A stretch of 64,000 bases of DNA from an uncultured delta proteobacterium (lineage in GTDB: Bacteria > Desulfobacterota > Binatia > UBA9968), in NCBI GenBank assembly GCA_963771465.1, contig CAVYTU010000008.1:1-64000 (forward strand). The letters are read 5' to 3'. The translations under genes and the position numbers were made by a program. A model generated the notes under the pieces. That model made no database searches. It had not been told where the DNA came from and saw only the letters and a list, made by a program, of their open reading frames with translations. Positions within the stretch are counted from its first letter, which is position 1, and every line of letters begins with the position of its first letter. Of the stretch, positions 1 through 11,707 are shown one piece after another.

Positions 1-536
1 AATGAACAAAACCTCATCGGCCGGTAGGTGAAAGTCCGTCCTTGAGGCTTCGATTGGAGCCGGTAGATTGAGCGGATGGAATGCCGACACGGTAAAGATA
101 TTGGGGATATTAAATTCGACTATATAGCGAATGAAATCCGTCATGCACACGACGACATCCAAGAGCCTTAGCGCCGCCTTTGAGATTTCAGATAAGACCG
201 GCAATTCCCAAAAAATCACCCCAACATTTAGGTGATTTGAATCTAAGATAGGAACTCCTTCTCGTGTGATAAACGTGGATAATGATATCGGATCGCAAAC
301 GAAGATATTTACGCTATAAGGAAGTTCCCCCACCGAATTCACCGTCACGTGTTCGAACCGCCTATCCCGTTTCGATCGACCAACGCCGACTTCTACGTCG
401 AAAGCAGAAACCGGACACCCTTCTCAATCAACAACGATAGAATACTCCTTGCAGCGACACCCAAGCCGGCGTTTCCACTAACATAGCCAATTAGGTTAAC
501 TCCAAAAGACACTTCATTGCGTTCTGTAGTTGTCAT
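1..536 (-). CDS. Glycosyltransferase, probably GT4 (5' part; runs off the window edge; one apparent frameshift near 415)
   Basis: Not in the ORF track. Manual translation from ATG at 536: MTTTERNEVSFGVNLIGYVSGNAGLGVAARSI.../...NVGVIFWELPVLS...RTDFHLPADEVLFI. The GVNLIGY..GLG.AAR and FWELP pattern is typical of polysaccharide-locus GT4 enzymes. Confidence 0.65.
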
Positions 537-806
537 TGCCAAAGTAAGTTGACCTCAGCGCGTCTCTACTTGGAATAACCTGAGCAGCAGTCGAGCTACG
601 AGGGCAGAGCTTATTTCGCCAGCATGCGCGAATGTTTGAATTCGATAGTTCTTAGAGTTGGTTCATGCGCGACAGGTGTGTTTCCAATCTTTCGAGCCGC
701 GACAAACTCCAAGATGTCAAGCGATTTAGCAAAATCCTCAAAGCGAATACGGGTAGAGCAAGTCTAATGTTTTGCTTCCACTGATCAACGATGTCGTGGC
801 GAAATC

Positions 807-1885
807 CTAATTTGCACGAAATCGCCATCCAATGTGTCTATCCAGATGCTGTCTTATTCTGCGTTTGACACGAGAGAATATCGGCAATGACGACAGATAG
901 CGATCATAAGCTTGGCGCCTAAGTCGTTGCAATTCCTCGGGTGCAATCTCTGGTTGAAATATTGCGCGAATCTCAGCGGGTGAATGAAAGCCGGGCCATT
1001 GATTGAGAGACGGGGTTTCTGAAATTAGCTTCCTTTTCCAGACACGACTTCGTTCACACACGTTGTCTAACAAGTTGCTACGCATTGCTAACTTTAGGCC
1101 TTCCTCACAGTCTGATCTATTGATCACTCGCTAGGAGATCATGAACCAAGTCCGGTATAGGGTCTTGAAGTTTGAGACGCCATAATTGGGTGCCCAACAA
1201 TATCTTGCAACTGTCGGTCGAGCGTTTTCAGAATAGACTCTATAACTAAAGAGAAGGGTCCGGTAGAATGTGAGTTTCCCCAACAAACAACAATTCCAGC
1301 AACAATATTACGTCGCTGCCAAATGACTCAGTAAACAGTCTGGTTTTGAGCAATCCCGTCTGATCGAATTACGCCGTAGCACGCGTACCAATTTAGCCTT
1401 TCGGTCAGAGCTGCGACACGTTGTTGCAAGGAAAGGCCATGCGTATCTAACCAATTTATCTCCTCTACGTAATCTTCAAAACAAACTGGCTCACCCAACT
1501 CCTCCTATGAAATTGATTCGCGAACCGCAGAGGACGAGATTTGGGTTTCGCTCCAAAGTTTCCACACACCTCGATATATTATTCAGGATGCCATAAATCA
1601 TCATGTGCTGCCCACATAAAATACGGACTCGATGACAACTGAAAGAGCCGATTAAAATTTCGGGCTGCGCCAATATTGGTTTCGTTTTTATAAAGATGGA
1701 TTCGCGGATCTCCTTCAGCGCGTATTCGAGACATATATCCGCCGAACCATCGGTAGAGGCATTGTCAGAAATCAACAGTTCGAAGTTTGGATTCTCTGAG
1801 CCAGCAACGAATCAAGGGCAAGTCGCAAATATCTTGATCGATTATAAATGGGTAATCCAATTGTTACTTTCGGAGTCGTCGGCAT
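807..1885 (-). CDS. GT2 glycosyltransferase, multiply frameshifted
   Basis: Stitched frames: MPTTPKVTIGLPIYNRSRYLRLALDSLLAQ / FELLISDNASTDGS / NIGAARNFNRLF...YFMWAAHDD. The 3' end (ORF 807..1127) is uncertain. Confidence 0.7.
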
Positions 1886-1941
1886 TTCCAATGGGGGCGA
1901 ACCTTCAACTCATTCTATTAGCGCGACTACCATTCAGAATA

Positions 1942-2840
1942 TTATCGAAGAGCGTGGGCGAAAGCCCGATAGTGCGTTGTCGGCAGACCGGAGGAATTTG
2001 GAAAACCAAGTTTTTTTGATATTCGCGACTCGTAAATGAGGTGCCTGAATCCACCGGCTAATCTTGAATGCGGTGGCCGCCAAGGTTTGGGAGTGAGAAT
2101 ATCTACTTCACGAAACCCGGCGGCTCGACACAGCCCCTCCAAGGCTTTGGAATTGGGTACCCACCAATTTGATGGATCATTGTTAAGCTCTTGACCTGGG
2201 AAAAAACTCACAAACGGGACGATCCTCCAGTCCAGGTATTTCCATGGCTTCGGTTTCAATGACTGCCAACCCATCCGGTGCCGTCACCTGGTACAATCGG
2301 CGAAGCGCTCTAGCGGGTCTTCCATGTGGTAGACACCCATAAACAGCACAACATCAAATTGTCCCAACGCGGCAAGATCCATATCCATGAAATCTGCAAC
2401 GACTGGCTCAACCGCGCTACGCAGGGCAAGTCGAGCTGTATCAAAGGGAATACGGCCCGGCATCTCCTCCGGTCGCCAATGCCGAGACTCATGTGGCGGC
2501 GGTAAAGGAGTCCCTTGTAATCTAGACTCTTCCCAGTCCTTAATGTACTCAGCGAGATTGCAAGACCAAACGTAGTGGTCAAGAGCAGTAACTTTTGCAG
2601 CACCCAGTTTTTCCGCTGCAAACGAGAAAAATCCGTCATAAGCTCCAATATCCAGAACAGTCTTGCCACGAGATCGGGCAGATGAAGCGACTGAAGTTCG
2701 TGATTGAGCTGTTCAATTGATTTGACGCCTTTAGTAGTAAATCCAGACGCTAGTTCAATTGAATGAAACCAGTAAGTGCAGTTTTTGATCCGCACCCACA
2801 AATCGTCATTTACCGCGTTGGGTTCAGCCATAATCGTCAC
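1942..2840 (-). CDS. Class I SAM-dependent methyltransferase (CmoB/DUF1698-like), frameshifted
   Basis: N-terminal WFHSIEL..G..T.G; alternate frame KTVLDIGAYDGFFSFAAEKLGA (SAM motif I) and FDVVLF; C-terminal ELNNDPSNWWVPN. Confidence 0.75.
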
Positions 2841-2927
2841 GTAACTATCCTAAGTAATCGTTGCGAAAGTGCATTTCAACTCGTGAGACTCAAAATATCC
2901 AAAAGCCGCACATTCATAGAAATCGAC

Positions 2928-3687
2928 CTACGTTCGCCGTAGCCACGCTCCGGGCCAATGGGAAATATTCCCCGTCAGGTCGCTCTCATTGAACGGCCAG
3001 GAGGTTGCTCCAGAACAAAGTCATTATGGATTTCTGCGAACTCGGCAGCAGCTGCCGCGGGTTGTCCCATTCCCAGCTATGCTGCCCGCGCGGGACGTCA
3101 ATAGATCCTTCATGCTTCCATCGGTGGCTATAATATATGACCCGGGAGTGACCAAGCCATGATATGCGCTTAACTCCTTTGCAACGTGCTCTTTCGTGTG
3201 GCACGAATCGAGAATCACGATAACGGTGTCTTCCGGCTCGAGTAACGATCGCACTTTTCCACGAGTCTCGGCAGCCGAATCACTTTCGATCAACGTTATC
3301 CATAGGAAACAACTCGTGACCTTCGATGGCTTTTCGGTTGTGGGACCGAATTTCAATGTCGACTCCGATCACACGCCCCTTTCCCATCGCCTTAAAGAGG
3401 CTCGCGTAAAAGATCAGCGAGCCGCCATGAGCCACGCCGGTTTCGATAAGAACATCCGGTTTGACACGGTAAACAGCCTCTTGGGCGCGAATCATATCCT
3501 CCGGCAATTGTATGATCGGTCTCCCCATCCAGCTAAACGTATACGGATACTTCTGGTTCCAGCCGACTTTTAGCCACTGGTGAGAAATCAATTCGAACGC
3601 TTCCTTGGAATAGAGAGCAAACTCTTCTCGTCGTCCGTCGGACTCTTGGACTAAACGCTTGGTGTCAGTATCAATTGTTAGCTTCAT
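2928..3687 (-). CDS. CmcI (cephalosporin hydroxylase)-family putative sugar O-methyltransferase, frameshifted
   Basis: KYPYTFSWMGRPIIQLPEDM, IETGVAHGGSL, VILDSCHTKEHV..EL..Y..LVTPGSY, ending WPGAWLRRT* at 2928. Confidence 0.85.
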
Positions 3688-4612
3688 GCTGCTCACTCTC
3701 GTGTTCCAGCTGTTTTTGCCACCATTCGACACTCAGCCGTAAACCTCGGTCTAGATCATACTTGGGAGACCACTGAACGCGGTCACTGATTCGGCGAATA
3801 TCGCCAACGATCAGCGGCGCTTCCCCTGTGGAGGTTTCGAGCGCACCGAGGCGGACCAAATCGCAACGTTCAAGTATCTCGCCAATCTTGGCAACAATTT
3901 CCCTGACCGCAACGCCTCGGCCCGATGCGATATTGACGATCCCATCTACCTCGCTGTCCAGCAGTGTAACGAAGGCGTCGGCGACGTCGTCAACAAAAAC
4001 ATAATCGCGAACTTGCTTGCCGTCGGTACACTTCGCAGGCTTTCCCATCAACAGAGATCTTATGACGGAAGCGACCAATCGATTCGGATGCTCGTGCGGT
4101 CCATAGGGAAAGAAAATTCGACCCCAAGCCACACTGACTTTGCCCTCTTTAGAATGGGCTCGTAAGATCATTGCAAGCGCGAGTTTCGACGCGCTGTACA
4201 AAGATTGAGGCGCCGTTGGAGTTAGATCTTCGGTACAGAAACCATAGCGCCAATCATATTCTGCGCAGGAACCGGCGCGCCACCGAGTCTTTTCCCGCCC
4301 GTAGTAGAGAACGAGCGAGTCAAATGGACACTTGCTTCCAACCAACGCAAATTTTCTGCGGAAGCTTGATAAATGCCCGGGCGTCGCGATCCAAGCTAGA
4401 TGTAACAGATGAGTCGGAGCAACAGTCGCAATCAATGAGTCTATTTGGCTGCCCATCCAATAGGTCCGCACGATGCCACGTGACCTCCGATCCCGCCGGG
4501 AACATCGCCCGCAAGTGACGGCATGAACCTCGAATCCCTGCGCCGATAGCAGCGGTAGAGTCCGCCGACCGATAAATCCCCGCGCCCCGTAACTAAAACT
4601 CGCTTCATTCAA
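3671..4612 (-). CDS. NAD-dependent epimerase/4-reductase (SDR; probable CDP-4-keto-sugar reductase), with N-terminal frameshifts
   Basis: GARGFIG, LHLAW, YSASK (YxxxK), YGPHE, RDYVFVDDVA. Confidence 0.8.
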   Translation of the reverse strand: MNEASFSYGARGFIGRRTLPLLSAQGFEVHAVTCGRCSRRDRRSRGIVRTYWMGSQIDSLIATVAPTHLLHLAWIATPGHLSSFRRKFALVGSKCPFDSLVLYYGREKTRWRAGSCAEYDWRYGFCTEDLTPTAPQSLYSASKLALAMILRAHSKEGKVSVAWGRIFFPYGPHEHPNRLVASVIRSLLMGKPAKCTDGKQVRDYVFVDDVADAFVTLLDSEVDGIVNIASGRGVAVREIVAKIGEILERCDLVRLGALETSTGEAPLIVGDIRRISDRVQWSPKYDLDRGLRLSVEWWQKQLEHESEQHEANN

Positions 4613-4627
4613 TAAAATCGGGATAGC

Positions 4628-5134
4628 TTAGATCCTTAACAGAATCGTCCGCACGTCATCGGGCCAGCGAATACGAAATGCTGGATCGTCCCATCGCGCT
4701 CCACGAGCGGAGTCAGGGACGTAAAAGTCTGACATCTGATAAAACACCTCGGTGTCGTCGCACAGAGTCTGGAATCCATGGGCGAACCCTTCAGGCACAT
4801 ACAGTGCACGGTGGTTTTCGGCCGTCAGTTCTGTTGACAGCCACTGCTTGAACGTAGGAGATGACCTGCGCAGGTCAACGATAACATCGTAGATGGCGCC
4901 GGCGGTGCAGCGGACGAGCTTGGCTTCGTCATGGGGCGCGGCCTGATAGTGCATGCCGCGCAAGGTGCCTTTTTTCCTATTAAACGAAACATTGCATTGG
5001 ACGAAGCGTACCTCTCATGCCGCGGCTCTCAAATTCCTTTTCGCAAAAGGTCCGCGCAAAGAACCCACGCTCATCGACGCCATCTCCAGATCGATAATGA
5101 AAGCTCCGGCAAGTTTACAGGGTGTAAAGATCAC
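4628..5134 (-). CDS. NDP-4-keto-6-deoxyhexose 3,5-epimerase (RmlC family, second copy), frameshifted
   Basis: LRGMHYQ..P..EAKLVRC..GAIYDV.VDLR, LYVPEGFAHGFQTL. GTG start at 5134 (VIFTPCKLAGAFIID). Confidence 0.85.
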
Positions 5135-5155
5135 GACGCTTCGACAGAAGTCGGG

Positions 5156-6386
5156 TCACACGATGCGGAGTTGAGGAATCGGTACGATGAAACGACCGCC
5201 CCGAGCGCGATAGTCGGCTTGCTGCTCGAGAATTTCCTCGGCAAAATTCCACGTCAGGAGTAGAACGTAGTCGGGTTTGGATTGGAGCAGCTTTTCCGGC
5301 GCGTAGATCGGCAGTCGAGTTCCTGGAGTGTGCCGTCCTTGTTTGTGCGGACTGCGATCGACGACGAAGTCCACTGTATCGCGGGCGATGCCAAAATAAT
5401 TCAGTAGCGTGCTACCTTTCGCCGACGCGCCGTAAGCGGCAACTGTCTTTCCATCCGCTTTCAGTTCGCCGAGCAGCTTCCTTAACTGCCGTCCTAATTC
5501 CTCTACGCGGTTTGAAAACTGTAAGTAATAATCCCGCTGCGTCATAACGCAACTGGCTTCATCTCCAAGCATCGAGTCGACGGCGCTAGACCTATCAGTC
5601 CCAGCCCGACCGGCCGTAACTCTCAGAGAGCCTCCGTGTATCGGTAATCGCGCGACATCTACAGCCGCCAAACCGTGGCGGCGAAAAAGATTTTCGAGAG
5701 CCGTTAGCGAGTAGTAGAAAACATGTTCGTGATAGATGGTGTCAAACTCCAGACCGTCGATCATGTCCTTGACGTAGGGAGTTTCCATAACCAAGACTAC
5801 CGTTCGGCTTTAGCAGCGTGTTGATGCCAGCCATGACACCGTTGATATCTGGCACATGCGCCATGACGTTGTTTGCCAGAATCACATCCGCGTGTTTTCC
5901 CTCTTTCTCGAGGTGCTCTGCCAACTCCAAACTAAAAAACTCATTAAGGGTCGGGATCCCATTTTGCTCGGCGGCGTGGGCGATGTTTGTGGCGGGCTCG
6001 ATACCGAGACTGGGAATTCCGGCCGAGTAGAAGTTCTTGAGCATATAGCCGTCGTTGCTGGCGATCTCTACGACTAAACTGTTGCCATTGAGGTTGCGCT
6101 TTTTAATCAAGGCCTCGGCGCTAGCTTGCGCGTGCCGCAGCATGGTGTCTGAAAATGACGAGAAGTAGACGTAGTCTTGAAATAGCAGCTCAGGGGAAAC
6201 CGTATGGCTGATTTGCACCAACGAACAGTTTTCACAAAATACCAATTCTAAAGGGTAGCTAGCCTCGACTTTGCCTAAGTCTTCGGCGGCTAGCAGCGAG
6301 TTTGCCAGCGGAGTCGTGCCAAGATTCAAGATCGAAACCAGTCGAGTTGCGGCGCACGCGCGACAGGTTAGTTCAGACTGTCTCAC
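5156..6386 (-). CDS. NDP-hexose C-methyltransferase (TylCIII/TcaB9-like), split by one frameshift near 5790
   Basis: CRAC...CENC Zn motif, [42 protein letters not shown]. Confidence 0.9.
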
Positions 6387-6396
6387 GACAACGCTC

Positions 6397-7376
6397 CTAA
6401 AAAGTTCGATACCAATCGACCGTCCGCTCCAACCCTTGCTCCAGTGAGAAAAGCGGCTGCCAGTTGAGCATCCTTTTCGCTTTCGCCGCGCTCAGATACT
6501 GATGGCGAATTTCATTGTTCGCCTCGTTGCGCACTTCGGGTCGCAGGTCAGAATGCATCAAAGCCAAAATCTTGTCGACTAACTCCAAAACTGATATTTG
6601 GCTTTCATTGGAGAAATTGAAAGCTTCGCCGCGTAGCGCTGGGTTTTCAGCCAACGCCTGGGCCAAGTGCATGTAGGCCGCCGCGCCGTCCTCGACGTAG
6701 AAATAATCGCGCACGTAGTTGCCATCCGAACGGATCACCGGACGCTGTCCTCGAATCACGGAACGAATCGTCCCTGGAACGATCCGATTCCAATTCAAGT
6801 CTCCGCCGCCGTAAAAATTGCCACAACGAGTGATCGCGACCGGCAGCTCATACGTCTTCGCGTAACACTGTGCCACGAGATCTGAGCAGGATTTACTCAT
6901 GTCGTAGGGATGGCGACCACGCAGCGGCGTTTCCTCGTCGTACGGAAGCTTATCCGCGTCCCCATAGGCTTTATCGGAAGACGCAACCACAATCTGCTTG
7001 ACCGCAGGGCTACGGCGACAGGCCTCTAAGAGCGCCCATGTTCCGGCGATATTCGATTCGAAAGTGGACAGAGGATTTCGGTTGGCGATCGTGACGATAG
7101 TTTGAGCGGCGAGATGAATGACGGTGTCGATCTCGTATTCACCAAGACAACGCTCCATCAGCCGAGGTCTTGCACTTCACCGCGAACAACACGAACGCGC
7201 TCAATCGCGTTATCAGCGACTAGTTTGCTCTGCGGCACCCAGTCGCGGACAAGGCACACCACATCCGCTCCGGCATCCAGCAAGCGCGCCACCAACCAAC
7301 CGCCAACAAGTCCGGTCGCGCCGGTAACAAACGTCGGACGGTCACGCCAAAAATCTTTTAAGGCCAAACTTTCCAC
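6397..7376 (-). CDS. rfbG: NDP(CDP)-glucose 4,6-dehydratase-like SDR, frameshifted near 7160
   Basis: FW...[43 protein letters not shown]. Lies directly downstream of rfbF. Confidence 0.75.
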
Positions 7377-8128
7377 GGGGGATTACTGTTTTCCCAAAGG
7401 CTTTCAAGTAGACGCTTGTCGCGCAAGGTATCCATGCACTGCCAAAACGACTCGTGCCGATACGCCATCAATTGCCCTTCCGTCGCGAGGCGCTCTAACG
7501 GCTCCCGTTCCCAGTGCGTCTCGTCGCCGTCGATATAATCCAGGACCGCAGGTTCCAAAACAAAAAATCCGCCGTTGATCCAGCCTTCGCCGGTTTGCGG
7601 CTTCTCGGAAAAGTGGGTGACGCGATCGCCGTCAAACTCGAGTCCGCCGAATCGCGCCGGCGGGCGAACCGCCGTGACCGTCGCCAGCTTTCCATGGCTC
7701 CGATGAAACTTTAGCAGGGCGGCAAGGTCGACGTTGGAAACTCCATCGCCGTAGGTCATCATGAAAGTCTCGTCTCGAAGAGCGATCGCGAGTCGCTTCA
7801 AACGTCCTCCGGTAATCGTATGGAGCCCAGTTTCCATGAGATGGACGATCCAATCCTCCGTGTGGGATCGATGCGGCTCAACGCGGCGATCTCTCATCGC
7901 CACGGTAAGACTACCGTCAAAATTTATTTGTTCGAGGAAATAGCGCTTAAACTCGCTGCTCTTATAACCAAGGGCAAGATAAAACTCGTTAAAGCCGTAA
8001 TGGGCATAGTGCTTCATAATGTGCCAGACCATTGGCCGTCCACCAATCTCCACCATCGGCTTGGGAATCACAGCCGTCTCCTCTGCGAGCCTGGTTCCCA
8101 GGCCTCCTGCGAGAATGACAACCTTCAT
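7358..8128 (-). CDS. rfbF: Glucose-1-phosphate cytidylyltransferase
   Basis: [60 protein letters not shown]. Confidence 0.95.
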   Translation of the reverse strand: MKVVILAGGLGTRLAEETAVIPKPMVEIGGRPMVWHIMKHYAHYGFNEFYLALGYKSSEFKRYFLEQINFDGSLTVAMRDRRVEPHRSHTEDWIVHLMETGLHTITGGRLKRLAIALRDETFMMTYGDGVSNVDLAALLKFHRSHGKLATVTAVRPPARFGGLEFDGDRVTHFSEKPQTGEGWINGGFFVLEPAVLDYIDGDETHWEREPLERLATEGQLMAYRHESFWQCMDTLRDKRLLESLWENSNPPWKVWP

Positions 8129-8131
8129 GAT

Positions 8132-9530
8132 CTACTCACTGAAACTGGCAGCCCGAACTGGAGAGCTCTGCCCTTCGACCTCAGTCTCCCATTGTAATAG
8201 AGGGCGGACAAACCCCGGCATTGGGCCCTTATAATCACCCCGAGCGGAATCACCGTCGAAACTGTCGCGGACTTCAATCACCACCGCCGCCTTTTCGTCG
8301 AAATGAACTTCAACAGGATCCATTGTACTTAACGCAGCACTGATAAAAAGATGACCTTCGGCGAGAAAATTTCCGGGAATGCCGACTCTAGTAAGATAGC
8401 GCCCCGGAGGCCGAGGGGTTCGCATCCAAGCTGGATCGTGGTCGTTCACGATAAACACGCAAACACCGGCCTCGTTGTACAAGTGAAAGTTCGGCACAAG
8501 GATGTGCCCCGCTTTGAGAACATCGTATTCCATTTCAAGCTTCAGCGGCCGGCGAATGTCGACCGTGTCAACAATTCGCCCGTCATCGGATCGCACGGAT
8601 ACGGAACGCAAGCGAGCTATCTTATTACCCGGCGCCTGATCTCTATCGCGCCACTCCCGGCGAGCTTGGAGGGGTGTTTTCTTTGGTTCCTGATTCAGTG
8701 TTGGATGGTAACCGACATCTTTTCGATAGTGTTTAATTGCTGCCGACGAGGCGCCTTCGTAGCCTACTTCGCCGTGACTCATGTAAATACACCGGTCACA
8801 CACTTCCTCTACTGTGTCCAAACGCGTGAGACACCAAAATCATCGTTTTGCCGGCTGCTCTGTGTTTGGCGAGCGTGTCGAGACACTTTTTTTGAAAAGC
8901 CTCGTCACCGACGGATAAGACTTCGTCGATCAAAAAGATATCCGGATTGGTATGGGCGGCGATGGCAAAGCCAAGGCGCACGTACATACCCGATGAGTAG
9001 TGCTTCACCGGCGTGTCAATGAAATCCTCCAGCTCGGCAAAGCTAACGATGCTGTCAAAGGCTTTTTCGATCTCGGTTTTTTTCAAGCCAAGAATCGAGC
9101 CGTTTAGAAAAACGTTTTCTCTGCCGGTGAGCTCCGGGTGAAACCCCGCGCCGACTTCGATCAGCGCAGCGACCTTGCCGTTGACTTCTGCAGTCCCAGA
9201 ACTCGCCTTCGTCACGCCGGCGAGGAGTTTCAAAATCGTGCTCTTGCCCGCGCCGTTGCGACCGATAAATCCGACCGACTCGCCTTGTTTGATCTCAAAG
9301 GAAACATTTTTTAGCGCCCAGAAATCTTTCTCCAGAGCGTGCTTCGTGCCCAGGGTCAGGGCCTGAACGCCGGGCGAGGGCTCATCGGTATGCGCTGCGC
9401 TACGTCCATTGAACGGGTTGAATCGCTGCAGAGCATGGGTCAGGCGGTCGCGCATGTATAACCCGCCCTTGCTGTAGAGCTTGTATTTTTTGGAAACGTC
9501 TTTGAATTTGATTGCTATCATACTCCTCAC
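8132..9530 (-). CDS. wzt: Polysaccharide ABC exporter ATP-binding subunit with C-terminal Wzt_C domain, frameshifted near 8810
   Basis: GRNGAGKST, GAGFHPELTGRENV, YSSGMYVRLGFA, DEVLSVGD. The downstream fragment 8132..8821 resembles a Wzt C-terminal carbohydrate-binding domain. Confidence 0.9.
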
Positions 9531-9654
9531 GACGGATTATTGCACACGTCAGTTTCCTTTATGGAGATCGCATATGACGGATATACCAATAAGGAAAGAA
9601 GGCCGATAGTAACCAGCAGTTAATTTGCTGTCAGAAAAGACGACTTGTCGAACT

Positions 9655-9779
9655 GCTACACCTCCGGTAAAGCTCTTGGTGATCAGGAAACTTTTCATCG
9701 AGTCGTCGCCAAAGCTTTCTGAAAAACAATCAAATCCCCGTAGCTTTTGATGCGTGTCTGGGCTACCTGATCCCTTCAT
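9655..9779 (-). pseudogene. Remnant of a four-helix-bundle protein (23S rRNA IVP-like family)
   Basis: Stitched frames give RIKSYGDLIVFQKA..SMK.FLITKSF.E, matching the family N-terminus, then the sequence breaks off. GGAGG upstream. Confidence 0.6.
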
Positions 9780-9900
9780 CGCGTTCCGTTTTTAGCCTCC
9801 TCCGTCTTCCGTTCTACTGCCCGCGGCTTTCTATATATCTCCCTTCTCGCTCTCTCCTGCCAATTACTTCCTTCTGCCATCTACTTCCCCGCCAGTCGCT

Positions 9901-10774
9901 TCAGCTGCCGCGCCGAGCATGCAAATCAATCCAAAAAGAATACGGTTTTGTCGTTCCAGAAAGGCACTGGGTCATTGGTCTGAGCTAGCTTGGAATAATG
10001 CCGATATATGCGAGCGGACGTCTGTATGACTCGAGCCACCTGCCTGGGTCTCCTTCGCCAAATGGCCCGCAGGAGCCTTGCGGGAAAAACCAATCTCCGT
10101 TGTAGCGGGTCTGATGACTTTTTTTGTGATCCATGCGCGGCCCGAAGCTCCGATGAGCTTGCGAAGGGCTCTCGTGTGAAATGAACGGCTAGTAGCAAGC
10201 TTTGTCCACCGTTCATACCTTAACTGCTCCTTGCTCGACGGCAGTTCAACCGGCAGAAAATTGTACTGACTGATGAGCTTTTTGAACGCCGAATAACCTG
10301 CCGCATGTCAGCTTATCTAAGAAAATATCGATGTAACCGAGCTCAAACGATTCGTATTTCGGTCGTTCCGAACAGGCGTTTAACGCGTCGAGGCAAAGCG
10401 CATCATGCCCCTCGATATAAACCTGAAAAAATAAGGAATGCCATAACTCTTAAGATTCGCGGCAGAGTCTCGCACTGCACTTGCACACTGTGATGGCGCA
10501 GGCGATCACGCGCTACAATATCTTTGAAAAATGAATTCCATACAGAATTTCTCTTCGCAGATCCAAAACTGTCAGCGAATCCCGCCTCTGCCGCAATCGC
10601 TACATTCAATAGGCTCAATTAGCCGGCGCGCAGCTGTAGCGCAAAGCGTTGCTCTGCCGATCGGTACAACTTAGGGTCGGCTTCTACAGCGACCACCTTG
10701 AATCCACGCGCCAGGTAATAGGCGGTTTAGTCACCATTGTTCATACCCACGTCGTAAATCAAATCCGCAATCAT
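9901..10774 (-). pseudogene. FkbM-family methyltransferase pseudogene
   Basis: MIADLIYDVGMNNGD*TAYYLARGFKVVAVEADP...RAG*LSLLNVAIA, later YGIPY..IEGHD, GSCGPFGE and C-terminal WIDLHAR. Two in-frame TAA stops plus several indels. Confidence 0.8.
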
Positions 10775-10814
10775 GGAACTGAGCCTCACAGCGCCATTGG
10801 GATCCCGCGCGCGC

Positions 10815-11597
10815 TTAAAGCACATCCGCCAACCGAAACTCGACGCGCTTGAAATAAAGTAGGCCGAGGGAAAATACGACAACGGAAACGATCGCCGCAA
10901 CGATCAACGAGGGCAAATCGGGTATGGAGTTGTGCAGCAATATTCTGCGGTAAGCCTCGATGATACCCGCAAGCGGGTTCAAGATGTAATAGGGCCGAAT
11001 ATGCGCGGGCACGATGCTGAGCGGATAGATGATCGGCGTAGCGAACATCAGCAGCTGCACGGCGACGGGAATGATAAAACCGATATCGCGGTAAAAGACG
11101 TTCATCGGCGCGAGCAAGAAAATCAAGCCGATGACGAAGAGACATTCAATCAAAAACACCGGAAAGACCAGTAGGGTGACGAAGCTCCACGAAATGCCGT
11201 AATACCAGAGCAACACAATAAACAGGCTAACACCGATGGCGAAGTCGACCACGGCGGAACCGACAACCGCGAGCGGGATCAACTCTCGCGGGAAATATAC
11301 CTTCTGCACCAGCACCTGGTTACTCAGGAGACTACCTGTGCCGCGGCCCAAAACTCCGGCAAAGAACTGCCAGGGGACAAGCGCGCAGTAAGAAAATAGC
11401 GCATACGGCACGCCATCGCTCGGCAAGCGGGCAAACATCGAAAACACCACGGTGAAAACGATCATCAAAGAAAGCGGCTGCAGGAGCGACCAGGCGACCC
11501 CCAGCACCGTCTGCTTATATTTCGACTTGATTTCACGAATGAAAAGGAAATAGAGGAGCTCGCGATACTGCATCAAATTTTGAACGTAACGAATCAT
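10815..11597 (-). CDS. wzm: Polysaccharide ABC exporter permease
   Basis: REIKSKYKQTVLGVAWSLLQPL, KVYFPRE, TPIIYP, LNPL; hydrophobic. Likely start is MIRYVQ at 11597. Confidence 0.92.
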   Translation of the reverse strand: MIRYVQNLMQYRELLYFLFIREIKSKYKQTVLGVAWSLLQPLSLMIVFTVVFSMFARLPSDGVPYALFSYCALVPWQFFAGVLGRGTGSLLSNQVLVQKVYFPRELIPLAVVGSAVVDFAIGVSLFIVLLWYYGISWSFVTLLVFPVFLIECLFVIGLIFLLAPMNVFYRDIGFIIPVAVQLLMFATPIIYPLSIVPAHIRPYYILNPLAGIIEAYRRILLHNSIPDLPSLIVAAIVSVVVFSLGLLYFKRVEFRLADVL

Positions 11598-11707
11598 ATG
11601 GGTCCCACAGGTTCTGCGCGAAGCGCAAAGCACTGGTAGCTAAGGAATGAGAATATGAAGAATAGGGCTAAAGCGCAGAGGTTTGGCAAGGCGCCTTTGC
11701 GTTCTGG

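Noticed and set aside
540-800. Small gene between the first two glycosyltransferases
   Set aside because: Only short open stretches with no recognisable motif or start signal.
9549-9779. 76-aa ORF as an intact small protein
   Set aside because: It drifts across the frames of a four-helix-bundle remnant and has no coherent family signal as given.
10610-10735. TAA read-through or alternative genetic code in the FkbM gene
   Set aside because: TAA terminates other genes in the window, and the same gene also carries indels.
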